Assembly: GCA_965222115.1 (NCBI GenBank)
Contig: CBDCTJ010000007.1
Span: forward strand, 1,152,001-1,216,000
Length of the DNA stretch: 64,000 nt
Direction of reading: 5' to 3'
Origin: Planctomycetota bacterium
GTDB taxonomy: Bacteria; Planctomycetota; PLA2; JAEUHO01
The position numbers and the translations under genes are program-made. Each line of letters begins with the position of its first letter. The stretch's first letter is position 1. The notes beneath the pieces are model-generated. The model saw only the letters and a list, made by a program, of their open reading frames with translations, ran no database searches and was not told the origin of the DNA. Below are positions 56,640 through 64,000 of this stretch, piece after piece.

Positions 56640-58304
56640 TTAGTCCTTGATTACACGCACGCGAATGATCTTGTCGCAGCGTTCCAGGCGATCGGCAACC
56701 GCTTGGCCGCTGTAGACGCGACCGAAGCACGTGTACCCGCGTTCGGTAAACGCCGGCTGCGGTGCCGTCATGATGAAAAACTGGCTCCCGTTCTTTTCAC
56801 GCATGCCGCTTGCGAAGCCGACGGCGCCACGCCAAAAGCTGAAGCGCTTGTTGACTTCGCGATCGATCTCCTCGGGCGACGTGCCGCTTCCAGCGAAATC
56901 GCAACCTTGTTCGCGGCTGATGGGATCGCCTCCTTGCGCAAAGGCGTCACCGATCACGCGATGAAAGAGCGTGCCGTCATAAAACTTGCTGCGAACAAGG
57001 CTGAGGAAGTGCTTCACCGCCTTAGGAACGTCATCAGCATAGAGTTGCAGCACGATCACCCCGTGGGAGGTGACGATTTCTACAAGCGGCAGATCGTCGC
57101 GGGCGTTTAGTTGGGCTCGGGCAGCAGCCTCTTTGGCATGAGCAACGCCCTGGGCGCGTGCTTTCGCGGCTCGGGCCGTATAGTGCTGCACCGACTGCGG
57201 CGGGAGACCGGGACGCTTGCCCACCGCTTCCCAGGCCTTGGCGGCGTCTTCAAAACGTTCCATGGACTCAAGCACACGCGCTCGTTCGTAGCCCGCCTTG
57301 TGCCTCGCCGCCACGTCGTTGCTATGCGCCAATCCGTCGTACATCGCGAGCGCGGCTTCGAACTGGTTGATCCAGTGATGGCTCTGCGCTAGACAAAGAA
57401 GATCCTTGTTGGTGAGGGGTTCGCGCTCGCCCACCCAGGCAAGGTTGTCAAAGACCTCCGGCACAAAGTCCTTGTCTTCCTTGGCAGCGCCGCGCCACTC
57501 CTCTTGAACCAAACGTCGTGCCGCATGGGCGCGACTACCGCGATCGCTGATCTCTTTGTCCTCGGCGATGAGCTGCTTCCACTTCGTGGCGGAAATCGCG
57601 CCCGATCCCTTGGGATCACCGAACTCCGTGAGACGAATCCATGTGGCCGTAGATGCCAACCCTGCGGGCAATTCGGGTGGGCGTGATGACTTCAACTTGA
57701 GCGCGGCGGGCCATGTGTGGACATGGCCCAAACCACGTGCCCAAATGCACGCCATGCGTAAAGACTTCGTTGCGCCCATGGTCGGTTCGATGAGGCGCAA
57801 TGGAATGGCCATCTCCGTATAGCTGCGAAAGTCCCCAATTTTGGAACGCACCACCATCTTGTTCACCAGGCGTTCGATGCCGGGGTCACCGTAGCGACTC
57901 AGAATTACATGGCTGCGATCGTGTTCGAGGGGTTCATAGTTTAGCTCCACACTGCCCGGTGTGTTGGACGCGCCGTCGCGTTCATTGCTCGCGAAGTGGA
58001 GCATGAGATGTGTGCCCGTTGTCCATGTGCGTTCGAATACAAACGCGAGCATGAGCGTGCCTCGCATCTGCTTGATGGCGAGCGAGCCCACGCCCTTTGG
58101 GTGCTTGAGTGTGAGCGCGTCGCCCCACTCAGCGCTCGAAACCATGCCGTCGAGTTGAATAGGAATGCCTTTGGGCACGGCATGAGCTGGCGCCGTTGAC
58201 TCCGACGTTGCAGGCTCGTCCTTGGCGACCGAAGTCGTCGGGATCCATGCCAAGAGTACGAGCATGCAAAGCACTCGACATTTGATGAAATGGGGTCGCG
58301 GCAT
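56640..58304 (-). CDS. Secreted cyclophilin-type peptidyl-prolyl isomerase with N-terminal domain and TPR
   Basis: Signal peptide, IQLDG...AEWGDA, TPR-like helices, and FYDGTLFHRVI...QGGDP...NGSQFFI...YTCFGRV. Confidence 0.88.
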   Translation of the reverse strand: MPRPHFIKCRVLCMLVLLAWIPTTSVAKDEPATSESTAPAHAVPKGIPIQLDGMVSSAEWGDALTLKHPKGVGSLAIKQMRGTLMLAFVFERTWTTGTHLMLHFASNERDGASNTPGSVELNYEPLEHDRSHVILSRYGDPGIERLVNKMVVRSKIGDFRSYTEMAIPLRLIEPTMGATKSLRMACIWARGLGHVHTWPAALKLKSSRPPELPAGLASTATWIRLTEFGDPKGSGAISATKWKQLIAEDKEISDRGSRAHAARRLVQEEWRGAAKEDKDFVPEVFDNLAWVGEREPLTNKDLLCLAQSHHWINQFEAALAMYDGLAHSNDVAARHKAGYERARVLESMERFEDAAKAWEAVGKRPGLPPQSVQHYTARAAKARAQGVAHAKEAAARAQLNARDDLPLVEIVTSHGVIVLQLYADDVPKAVKHFLSLVRSKFYDGTLFHRVIGDAFAQGGDPISREQGCDFAGSGTSPEEIDREVNKRFSFWRGAVGFASGMREKNGSQFFIMTAPQPAFTERGYTCFGRVYSGQAVADRLERCDKIIRVRVIKD

Positions 58305-58376
58305 GGAGAAATCCTACTCGAAGTCTCTACGCCATAGGGCCCCGTTGCACCCGCTTGTGTCGCGCGAGTTTGGCGT

Positions 58377-59723
58377 ATGCTCGCGTCCATGAATGGTTCC
58401 GCACCCGAGATTCAGGCGATTCGTGACGAGTTTCCAGCACTCCGTCGGCTGCGACGTGGGATGCCGCCCATCTATCTGAATAGCACCTGCATGACGCTGC
58501 GACCCCAGCCGGTGATTGATGCCATCACCGAGTACTACACCATGTATCCAACGTGTGGCGGTGGGCGTGTGAGTGGCCCCCATGTTGCGGAGACCAGCTG
58601 GTTTCAGGGCGAGCTCCGTGAGCGCGAGTTGGCCTCTCGCGAGGCCGTGCGTGCGCTACTCAACGCGCGCGATGTGCGTGAGATCGTGTGGACGCGAAAC
58701 TCGACCGAGGCCATCAATATCGTGGCGTCGGGACTTGCGTTGGAGCCCGGCGATGAGGTACTGAGTGCGGAGCGCGAACATAACTCCAATCTCGTGCCGT
58801 GGCTTGAAGCGGAGCGTCGCCTCCGGTCACGCTCGGGCGATGCCCAATTGTCGTTACGCAAGACCTTTGATCTCGCGGCGGACGGTTCCTTTGATTTAGG
58901 AAGTGCACTTGCGGAAGTTACGCCGCGAACAAAAGTGATTGCTCTCGGTCACACCAGCAACTTGGATGGCACCACCATCACCGACGATGCGATCCGCGTG
59001 TTGAGCAAGCGCGTTCACGAAAACGGTGGCGTGTTTGTATTGGATGCGGCGCAGAGTGTGCCCCATCGCTCTGTGGATGTGCTTGACTTGGGTGTGGACT
59101 TTCTCGCGATGAGTCTTCACAAAATGTGCGGCCCCACCGGGATGGGTGTGCTCTACGGTCGTTACGATCAACTGTCTAAACTCGTGCCATTTGTGGTGGG
59201 GGGCGACACCGTTCGCGATACGTGGCAAGACCGCGTGGAGTATAAGGATCCACCGGGTCGCTTTGAAGCTGGGCTTCAGCACTATGCTGGTATCGCGGCC
59301 ACAGCATCAGCCGTCAACTACGTTTCAAAGCGCGTGGGCTACGAGTGGATCGAGTCGCAGGAACGGAAGCTCATGCAGCGTTTGGACGAGCGCTTGCGCC
59401 CGCTCGAGAACGATCATTTTTGGTTGTTGGGGGATCCAGATCCACTACGGCGCAGCGCGGTTACGACCATGGCGTCTGGTAGCGGTGCCATGATGAATGC
59501 GATTGAGCGAACGGCCGACCGCGAGGCCAACATTATGGTCCGGCGCGGCATGTTCTGTGTGAATGCCTATCTGCATAAGCGTTTCGCTCACGTAGGCAGC
59601 GAAGCGAATAACGTACGCGTTTCGGTCTACTTTTACAACACGCTTGACGAATGCGACGCCTTCTGTGACATCGTAGAGCGCATCGTGAAGGACCCTTTGG
59701 CGCATCTGGATGCGGGTGCGTAG
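58377..59723 (+). CDS. SufS-like cysteine desulfurase (aminotransferase class V), divergent
   Basis: IRDEFP, RNSTEAIN, EHNSN, DAAQSVPH, SLHKMCGPTG (PLP Lys), RFEAG, VRRGMFC, RVSVYFYNT. Confidence 0.88.
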   Translation: MLASMNGSAPEIQAIRDEFPALRRLRRGMPPIYLNSTCMTLRPQPVIDAITEYYTMYPTCGGGRVSGPHVAETSWFQGELRERELASREAVRALLNARDVREIVWTRNSTEAINIVASGLALEPGDEVLSAEREHNSNLVPWLEAERRLRSRSGDAQLSLRKTFDLAADGSFDLGSALAEVTPRTKVIALGHTSNLDGTTITDDAIRVLSKRVHENGGVFVLDAAQSVPHRSVDVLDLGVDFLAMSLHKMCGPTGMGVLYGRYDQLSKLVPFVVGGDTVRDTWQDRVEYKDPPGRFEAGLQHYAGIAATASAVNYVSKRVGYEWIESQERKLMQRLDERLRPLENDHFWLLGDPDPLRRSAVTTMASGSGAMMNAIERTADREANIMVRRGMFCVNAYLHKRFAHVGSEANNVRVSVYFYNTLDECDAFCDIVERIVKDPLAHLDAGA

Positions 59724-60203
59724 ATGAGCATTTCTGATGCCGTTCGGCGGTACTACGCGACAGAAATCTTTGGCGCGATGACGCGCGACGCGGCGCCGCC
59801 CAACTTTCGCCCGTTCAGTGAGCCGATAACCGGTTCGTCCACCATCAAGGGGTGTCGGGGCGAAGGCCGGGACCTACTAACGATTGAAGTTCACGAAGCG
59901 GGAGGTGTGCTCGACCGCGTACGTGCGTCATGTGGGCTTTGCGGGCCTGCGATGATGGTGGCGGCCGATGTGGTGGTGCGATTTGCGTCTGGGCAAAACG
60001 CCGACGAGACGCGTGCGCTTGATCCGCTGGCAGCGGAGGCGCTCCTACCCCTGTTCGACCTGCTCGGGGACGAAGGGCATGCGGAGGACGCGCGCGAGAA
60101 GTTTCAGTATGCGCTCGCGGCACTACAGAATGCCGCACGGGATTCGAGCGGCCTGCCGCCGTTGCCCACGCCCGATGTTGCGCCGCCTGCGGCGCGGCAC
60201 TGA
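59724..60203 (+). CDS. Divergent SufU/IscU (NifU_N)-like protein
   Basis: GCRGEGRD.L.I, CGLCGPAMMVAAD, REKFQYALAAL; starts immediately after the desulfurase stop. Confidence 0.65.
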   Translation: MSISDAVRRYYATEIFGAMTRDAAPPNFRPFSEPITGSSTIKGCRGEGRDLLTIEVHEAGGVLDRVRASCGLCGPAMMVAADVVVRFASGQNADETRALDPLAAEALLPLFDLLGDEGHAEDAREKFQYALAALQNAARDSSGLPPLPTPDVAPPAARH

Positions 60204-60234
60204 GCCCTTTTCCATATACGAGCCCTTTTCCGTA
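60202..60234. repeat. Short direct repeat upstream of cysS
   Basis: GAGCCCTTTTCC(A/G)TA at 60202 and 60220 (18-bp period). Confidence 0.6.
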
Positions 60235-60256
60235 ACCCCTCGCACAAGCAAGCACC

Positions 60257-61726
60257 ATGGCCGCCACCAAACCAACCCTCAATACGCAAAGCGCTTCGCG
60301 TTTGTCGCTGTATGACAGCCTCTCGCGCGCGACGGTTCCATTCGAACCGCAAGTTCCTGGAACAGCCCGTGTGTACAACTGCGGTCCCACCGTTTACAAC
60401 CACGTACACATTGGCAACTGGCTTGCCTTTTTGTGCTCTGATGTGCTAGTGCGTTGGCTCGCACTTACGAATCACGACGTTACGTACGTCCAGAACATTA
60501 CCGACATCGACGACAAGGTGATCCGCGATTGCCATGCGGCCGGGGAAGATCGCGCCACGTTCACATCGCGGTGGACGGCGGTGTTCTTTGATGGCATGCG
60601 TCGGCTTGGGTGCCGTATGCCCGACCACAGCCCGCGCGCAACCGATCACATCGATGGCATGGCGTCCATGATTCAGGCGTTGCTCGACAAGGACCATGCG
60701 TATCTCGCCGATGACGGCAGCATCTACTATCGCGTGACGTCTTTTGCGGACTACGGCAAGCTCGCGGGCTTGGATCTCAGCACGTTGAAAGACGGCGCGA
60801 GCGGTCGTGTATCCAACGACGAGTACGACAAGGATTCGGTTGCCGACTTTGCGCTGTGGAAAGCATATGCCGAGGCCGATGGCGATATTTTCTGGGAGCC
60901 CAGCTTCACGATCGATGGCAACGCACGGGTCGTTAAGGGTCGCCCCGGTTGGCACATCGAGTGCTCCGTAATGTCCACGGCCTTACTCGGCGAACAGATC
61001 GACATTCACACCGGTGGCATTGATCTCCGCTTTCCGCATCACCAAAACGAGATTGCACAGTCCGAGGCGGCTCTCGGTGTGACCCCGTTTGTTCGCGTGT
61101 GGATGCACAATCGCCACTTGCAAGTCGAAGGCGCGAAGATGTCCAAGAGTGCGGGCACCTTCATTACGTTGAAGCAACTGATTGATGAGTACGGCGACGC
61201 CGTTGTGGACTCGTTTCGCTATCTGGTGGTCACGTCACATTATCGGTCTTCGCTCGATTTCACGTTTGCTGGGCTGCGGGCGGCCTATAAGACGCTTGGC
61301 AATCTGCGGGAAGCGCGAGCGCGGTTGTTGACGCACGCCGGTGATGCGCAGGCCTCCGACTTTGCCGAGTCCTATCGCGTGACTTTCGTGGATGCAATGA
61401 ACGACGACCTCAACACGCCACGGGCCATTGGCGCCATTCATCAGGCAGTGGGCGCGGCGCTGAGTGCGATTGAGTCGAAGACGATCTCCCCCGAGGACGC
61501 TCGATCGGTGACCGATCTGTTGGCGCTTGCAGCCGAGGCGCTGGGGTTGCGACTTGAGCAACCCGAAGTCGTACTCACCGACGATGAGCAGCAGTTGGTT
61601 GATGCGCGCGCAGCCGCGCGAACTGCCAAGGAGTGGGCCGAGTCCGATCGTTTGCGCGACGTATTGGCCGAGCGGGGCGTCATCGTGAAAGACACGCCCA
61701 AGGGGCAAGAGATTCGTCGCGGTTAG
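60257..61726 (+). CDS. cysS: Cysteine--tRNA ligase
   Basis: CGPTVYNHVHIGN, QNITDIDDK, DFALWK, GRPGWHIECS, DLRFPHHQNE, KMSKS, DDLNTP, ESDRLRD. Confidence 0.96.
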   Translation: MAATKPTLNTQSASRLSLYDSLSRATVPFEPQVPGTARVYNCGPTVYNHVHIGNWLAFLCSDVLVRWLALTNHDVTYVQNITDIDDKVIRDCHAAGEDRATFTSRWTAVFFDGMRRLGCRMPDHSPRATDHIDGMASMIQALLDKDHAYLADDGSIYYRVTSFADYGKLAGLDLSTLKDGASGRVSNDEYDKDSVADFALWKAYAEADGDIFWEPSFTIDGNARVVKGRPGWHIECSVMSTALLGEQIDIHTGGIDLRFPHHQNEIAQSEAALGVTPFVRVWMHNRHLQVEGAKMSKSAGTFITLKQLIDEYGDAVVDSFRYLVVTSHYRSSLDFTFAGLRAAYKTLGNLREARARLLTHAGDAQASDFAESYRVTFVDAMNDDLNTPRAIGAIHQAVGAALSAIESKTISPEDARSVTDLLALAAEALGLRLEQPEVVLTDDEQQLVDARAAARTAKEWAESDRLRDVLAERGVIVKDTPKGQEIRRG

Positions 61727-61826
61727 TCGTCACTGTCGATTTTGTGAAAACACACGACTAAGGCCCTCGCAGACGCGTGGGTGAAGCACGCCTACAATCT
61801 CAGGTTCCCGCTGTTCAGGAGGCCTC

Positions 61827-63482
61827 GTGTTGTTTCAACGCCGTAATCTGAAAATCACTTCTACGTTTGTGACGATGCTTCTTGTAGCGAGCTCGTTGTC
61901 ACTACTGGGATCCAGTGCACCTACATGGGCAAAGGACGAAGTGTCCTTTGATATCGAATCCTGGGTAGACGAGTGGCGCGAGGCAGAGCCCGCAGAGCGC
62001 ATGGCGCTCACCCTCAAATTGAAGCGGGCCGGTGTGACTGCGACGGCATTGTCAAATGCGCTTCGCTCGATTCCACGCTTTGCATCCGACGAGCTCACTA
62101 CAGGCGAAACGGATACATGGACGGCTGAGTCGGGCGACGATCGCGAGCACACGCATTACCTCTATGTGCCCGTTAGTTACGAAGCCAAAAAGCCCATGCC
62201 CATGCTCGTGTGGCTCCACGGTGGAGTAACCATGCCGCGACCCAACATGGGACAGTTGGGCATCAATTACTTCAAAGAAGCCGCTGAAAAGGAAGGGTAT
62301 CTTTTGTTAGCGCCCTCGGCCGCGGGCGTGCCGTGGTGGACGGAAGGTGGCATCAAGGTGATTCGTGATGCCATGCGTTACGCGGCAGAGAACTACAACG
62401 TGGACGCGGATCGAACGGCGGCGGCTGGATTCTCCGATGGCGCAAGTGGTTGCTATCACCTGTTGCAGCATATGCCAGAGCCTTTCGGGTGTTTTATGGC
62501 GTTGCTTGGACACCCCTTGTTGACGCGCATGATGGGCGGGCCGGCGTTTGTAACAAACGCAACGTCGCGGCCGATCTACGCGGTCAATGGCGGAAAGGAC
62601 CGCTTGTATCCTTCCGCTCGCATGAAGCCGTTCGTGGATTCCTTGAAGGACGCCGGCGCTGACGTCACGTGGCTGGACTTGCCGGAAGAAGGGCATCGCC
62701 CCGCAGCCTTTGTTCCGCGTTGGGATACGTGGTCGGCGTATTGGAAAGAACATCCGCGTTCGCTCGACGCGAAGTCGATTCAGTGGGAGACCGCCAAACC
62801 CGAATTGACGGGTCGCTTTGATTGGGTGGAAATTCTGTCGGTGAGACCCGCCGCCGGTGACTCCGAGGATGGTGAGGCGAAATCAAACGTATTGCCACTA
62901 CCGGATCTAGCACAATCGAAACAGCGCCCAAAATTGGGCGTAAACATCGATACCAAGTTTGAAGGCGAGGGTCTTCGCGTATCGGGTGTAACTAAGGGAA
63001 TGGCAGCCGCCGAAAGCGGCGTCAAAGTGGGCGATGTACTCGTGAAGGTAGACGACGTGGAACTGAAGACGCTCCAAGACGCGCGTAAACTTGCCGCTAT
63101 GCTTCAAGAACTCTATGACGCAGACCGCGCGGGCACATTCACCTTTATGCGCGACGGCGAGACCATTGAGCTTGAGATTCGTCCCGCAATACCACCGAAG
63201 CCATCGCGTGGCTTTGGCGACGGCAAGCCCTCGGGGCGCATCGAGGCGACCATCAAGGCTCCCAATCACATCGTCGTCACAACCAAGGGGGTCGCTCAGT
63301 GTCGTCTGCACCTCCGCGGTCCCCACATTGATATCTCGAAGCCTGTGCGCGTAACGCTGAATGGCCGTGACGTTTGGAACAAGCCTGTGCAGCAAACGGT
63401 TGAGTATTTGCTCTCCGAGGACGCGCGCTCCCTAGGAACCACGGCGCATCCTTTCGAAGCGTCGATCCTGTTGACGCCCTAA
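61827..63482 (+). CDS. Secreted alpha/beta-hydrolase (esterase/peptidase-like) with PDZ domain
   Basis: AGGAGG RBS, signal peptide, VWLHGG, GFSDGA nucleophile elbow, NGGKDRLY, GH, and a PDZ segment (KLGV...GLRV..V..G.AA..SGVKVGDVL). Confidence 0.8.
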   Translation: MLFQRRNLKITSTFVTMLLVASSLSLLGSSAPTWAKDEVSFDIESWVDEWREAEPAERMALTLKLKRAGVTATALSNALRSIPRFASDELTTGETDTWTAESGDDREHTHYLYVPVSYEAKKPMPMLVWLHGGVTMPRPNMGQLGINYFKEAAEKEGYLLLAPSAAGVPWWTEGGIKVIRDAMRYAAENYNVDADRTAAAGFSDGASGCYHLLQHMPEPFGCFMALLGHPLLTRMMGGPAFVTNATSRPIYAVNGGKDRLYPSARMKPFVDSLKDAGADVTWLDLPEEGHRPAAFVPRWDTWSAYWKEHPRSLDAKSIQWETAKPELTGRFDWVEILSVRPAAGDSEDGEAKSNVLPLPDLAQSKQRPKLGVNIDTKFEGEGLRVSGVTKGMAAAESGVKVGDVLVKVDDVELKTLQDARKLAAMLQELYDADRAGTFTFMRDGETIELEIRPAIPPKPSRGFGDGKPSGRIEATIKAPNHIVVTTKGVAQCRLHLRGPHIDISKPVRVTLNGRDVWNKPVQQTVEYLLSEDARSLGTTAHPFEASILLTP

Positions 63483-63532
63483 ACATACCCCTTGGTGCCA
63501 GGCACCCCGATGTGCCCCTTACGAGGAGAGCC

Positions 63533-64000
63533 ATGCACAAGCGACTCGTTGCCGCCGCCGTCCTGTTGTTCCTCCTCGCGCCACCGCTGCACGCAAAAGA
63601 AAAGACTCGCAAACCCACATTCGACAAGAAGGCGCTTACGTCACTCGCAGCGCGCTGGTTCAACGCTCGCCCCAAGACGCAGTTTTTCAACTGGAAACGC
63701 AAGCCCCGTCAGGCACTTTTGAAAGAGCTCGACGCGCTCGGCGAGGTCCCGCGCGGCAAGACCAAGGCAGTCATCGATCTATTGATGAAGGCCGCGCGTC
63801 GCGCTGTGCCTCCGCTGAAGGGCACGCTTGAATCGCCGTACGGTCCGGTCACGTGGATTCAAAAGGGCAAAGGCGGAGCGAAGAAGGGCCTCGTGCTTGG
63901 TCTTCACGGTGGTGGGCCCGGATCGGGAAGCGCCAAAGAGGCAGCGGGTAACTGGCCCGTGACGGGGCAGCTAGCAATCTATCCGCAGGCCGTGCGACTC
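63533..64000 (+). CDS. Partial secreted alpha/beta-hydrolase-like protein (runs off right edge)
   Basis: GAGGAG RBS; MHKRLVAAAVLLFLLAPPLHA signal; GLVLGLHGGG; IYPQA. Confidence 0.7.
   Translation, partial: MHKRLVAAAVLLFLLAPPLHAKEKTRKPTFDKKALTSLAARWFNARPKTQFFNWKRKPRQALLKELDALGEVPRGKTKAVIDLLMKAARRAVPPLKGTLESPYGPVTWIQKGKGGAKKGLVLGLHGGGPGSGSAKEAAGNWPVTGQLAIYPQAVRL

Overview
GC-rich bacterial chromosomal window. A Planctomycetota origin is inferred from the BBP7-type beta-barrel, the carboxypeptidase-regulatory-like domain proteins, the HEAT-VWA protein and the FGE-domain protein. About 2.4-28.7 kb is a Wzx/Wzy-type exopolysaccharide/capsule locus of PEP-CTERM/XrtA style, split into four arms. 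Its core is a priming glycosyltransferase, Wzx, a Wzy/O-antigen-ligase-family protein, a split Wzc with an apparently degenerate kinase, and a UDP-HexNAc dehydrogenase plus epimerase. It also has four glycosyltransferases (one fused to a GNAT), two polysaccharide deacetylases, a secreted beta-helix protein and, unusually, three CapK/phenylacetate-CoA-ligase-like adenylating enzymes. No Wza or exosortase gene is visible. An orphan AbrB-type antitoxin with a Doc-like toxin remnant sits between two arms. A 240-bp MITE with perfect 17-bp terminal inverted repeats and a CTAG duplication is inserted at the stop codon of the priming transferase. The rest is mixed housekeeping and envelope genes: MATE, CPBP protease, two paralogous envelope proteins followed by a 32-bp tandem repeat, an FGE-domain protein, lysC, a LeuA-family synthase, a CAP lipoprotein, PhzF, a divergent Tex, rsmB, HEAT-VWA, cyclophilin, a divergent SufS/SufU-like pair next to cysS, and two secreted esterase-like proteins. 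No rRNA, tRNA or CRISPR array was recognised. All product calls come from motif recognition by eye, not from database searches.
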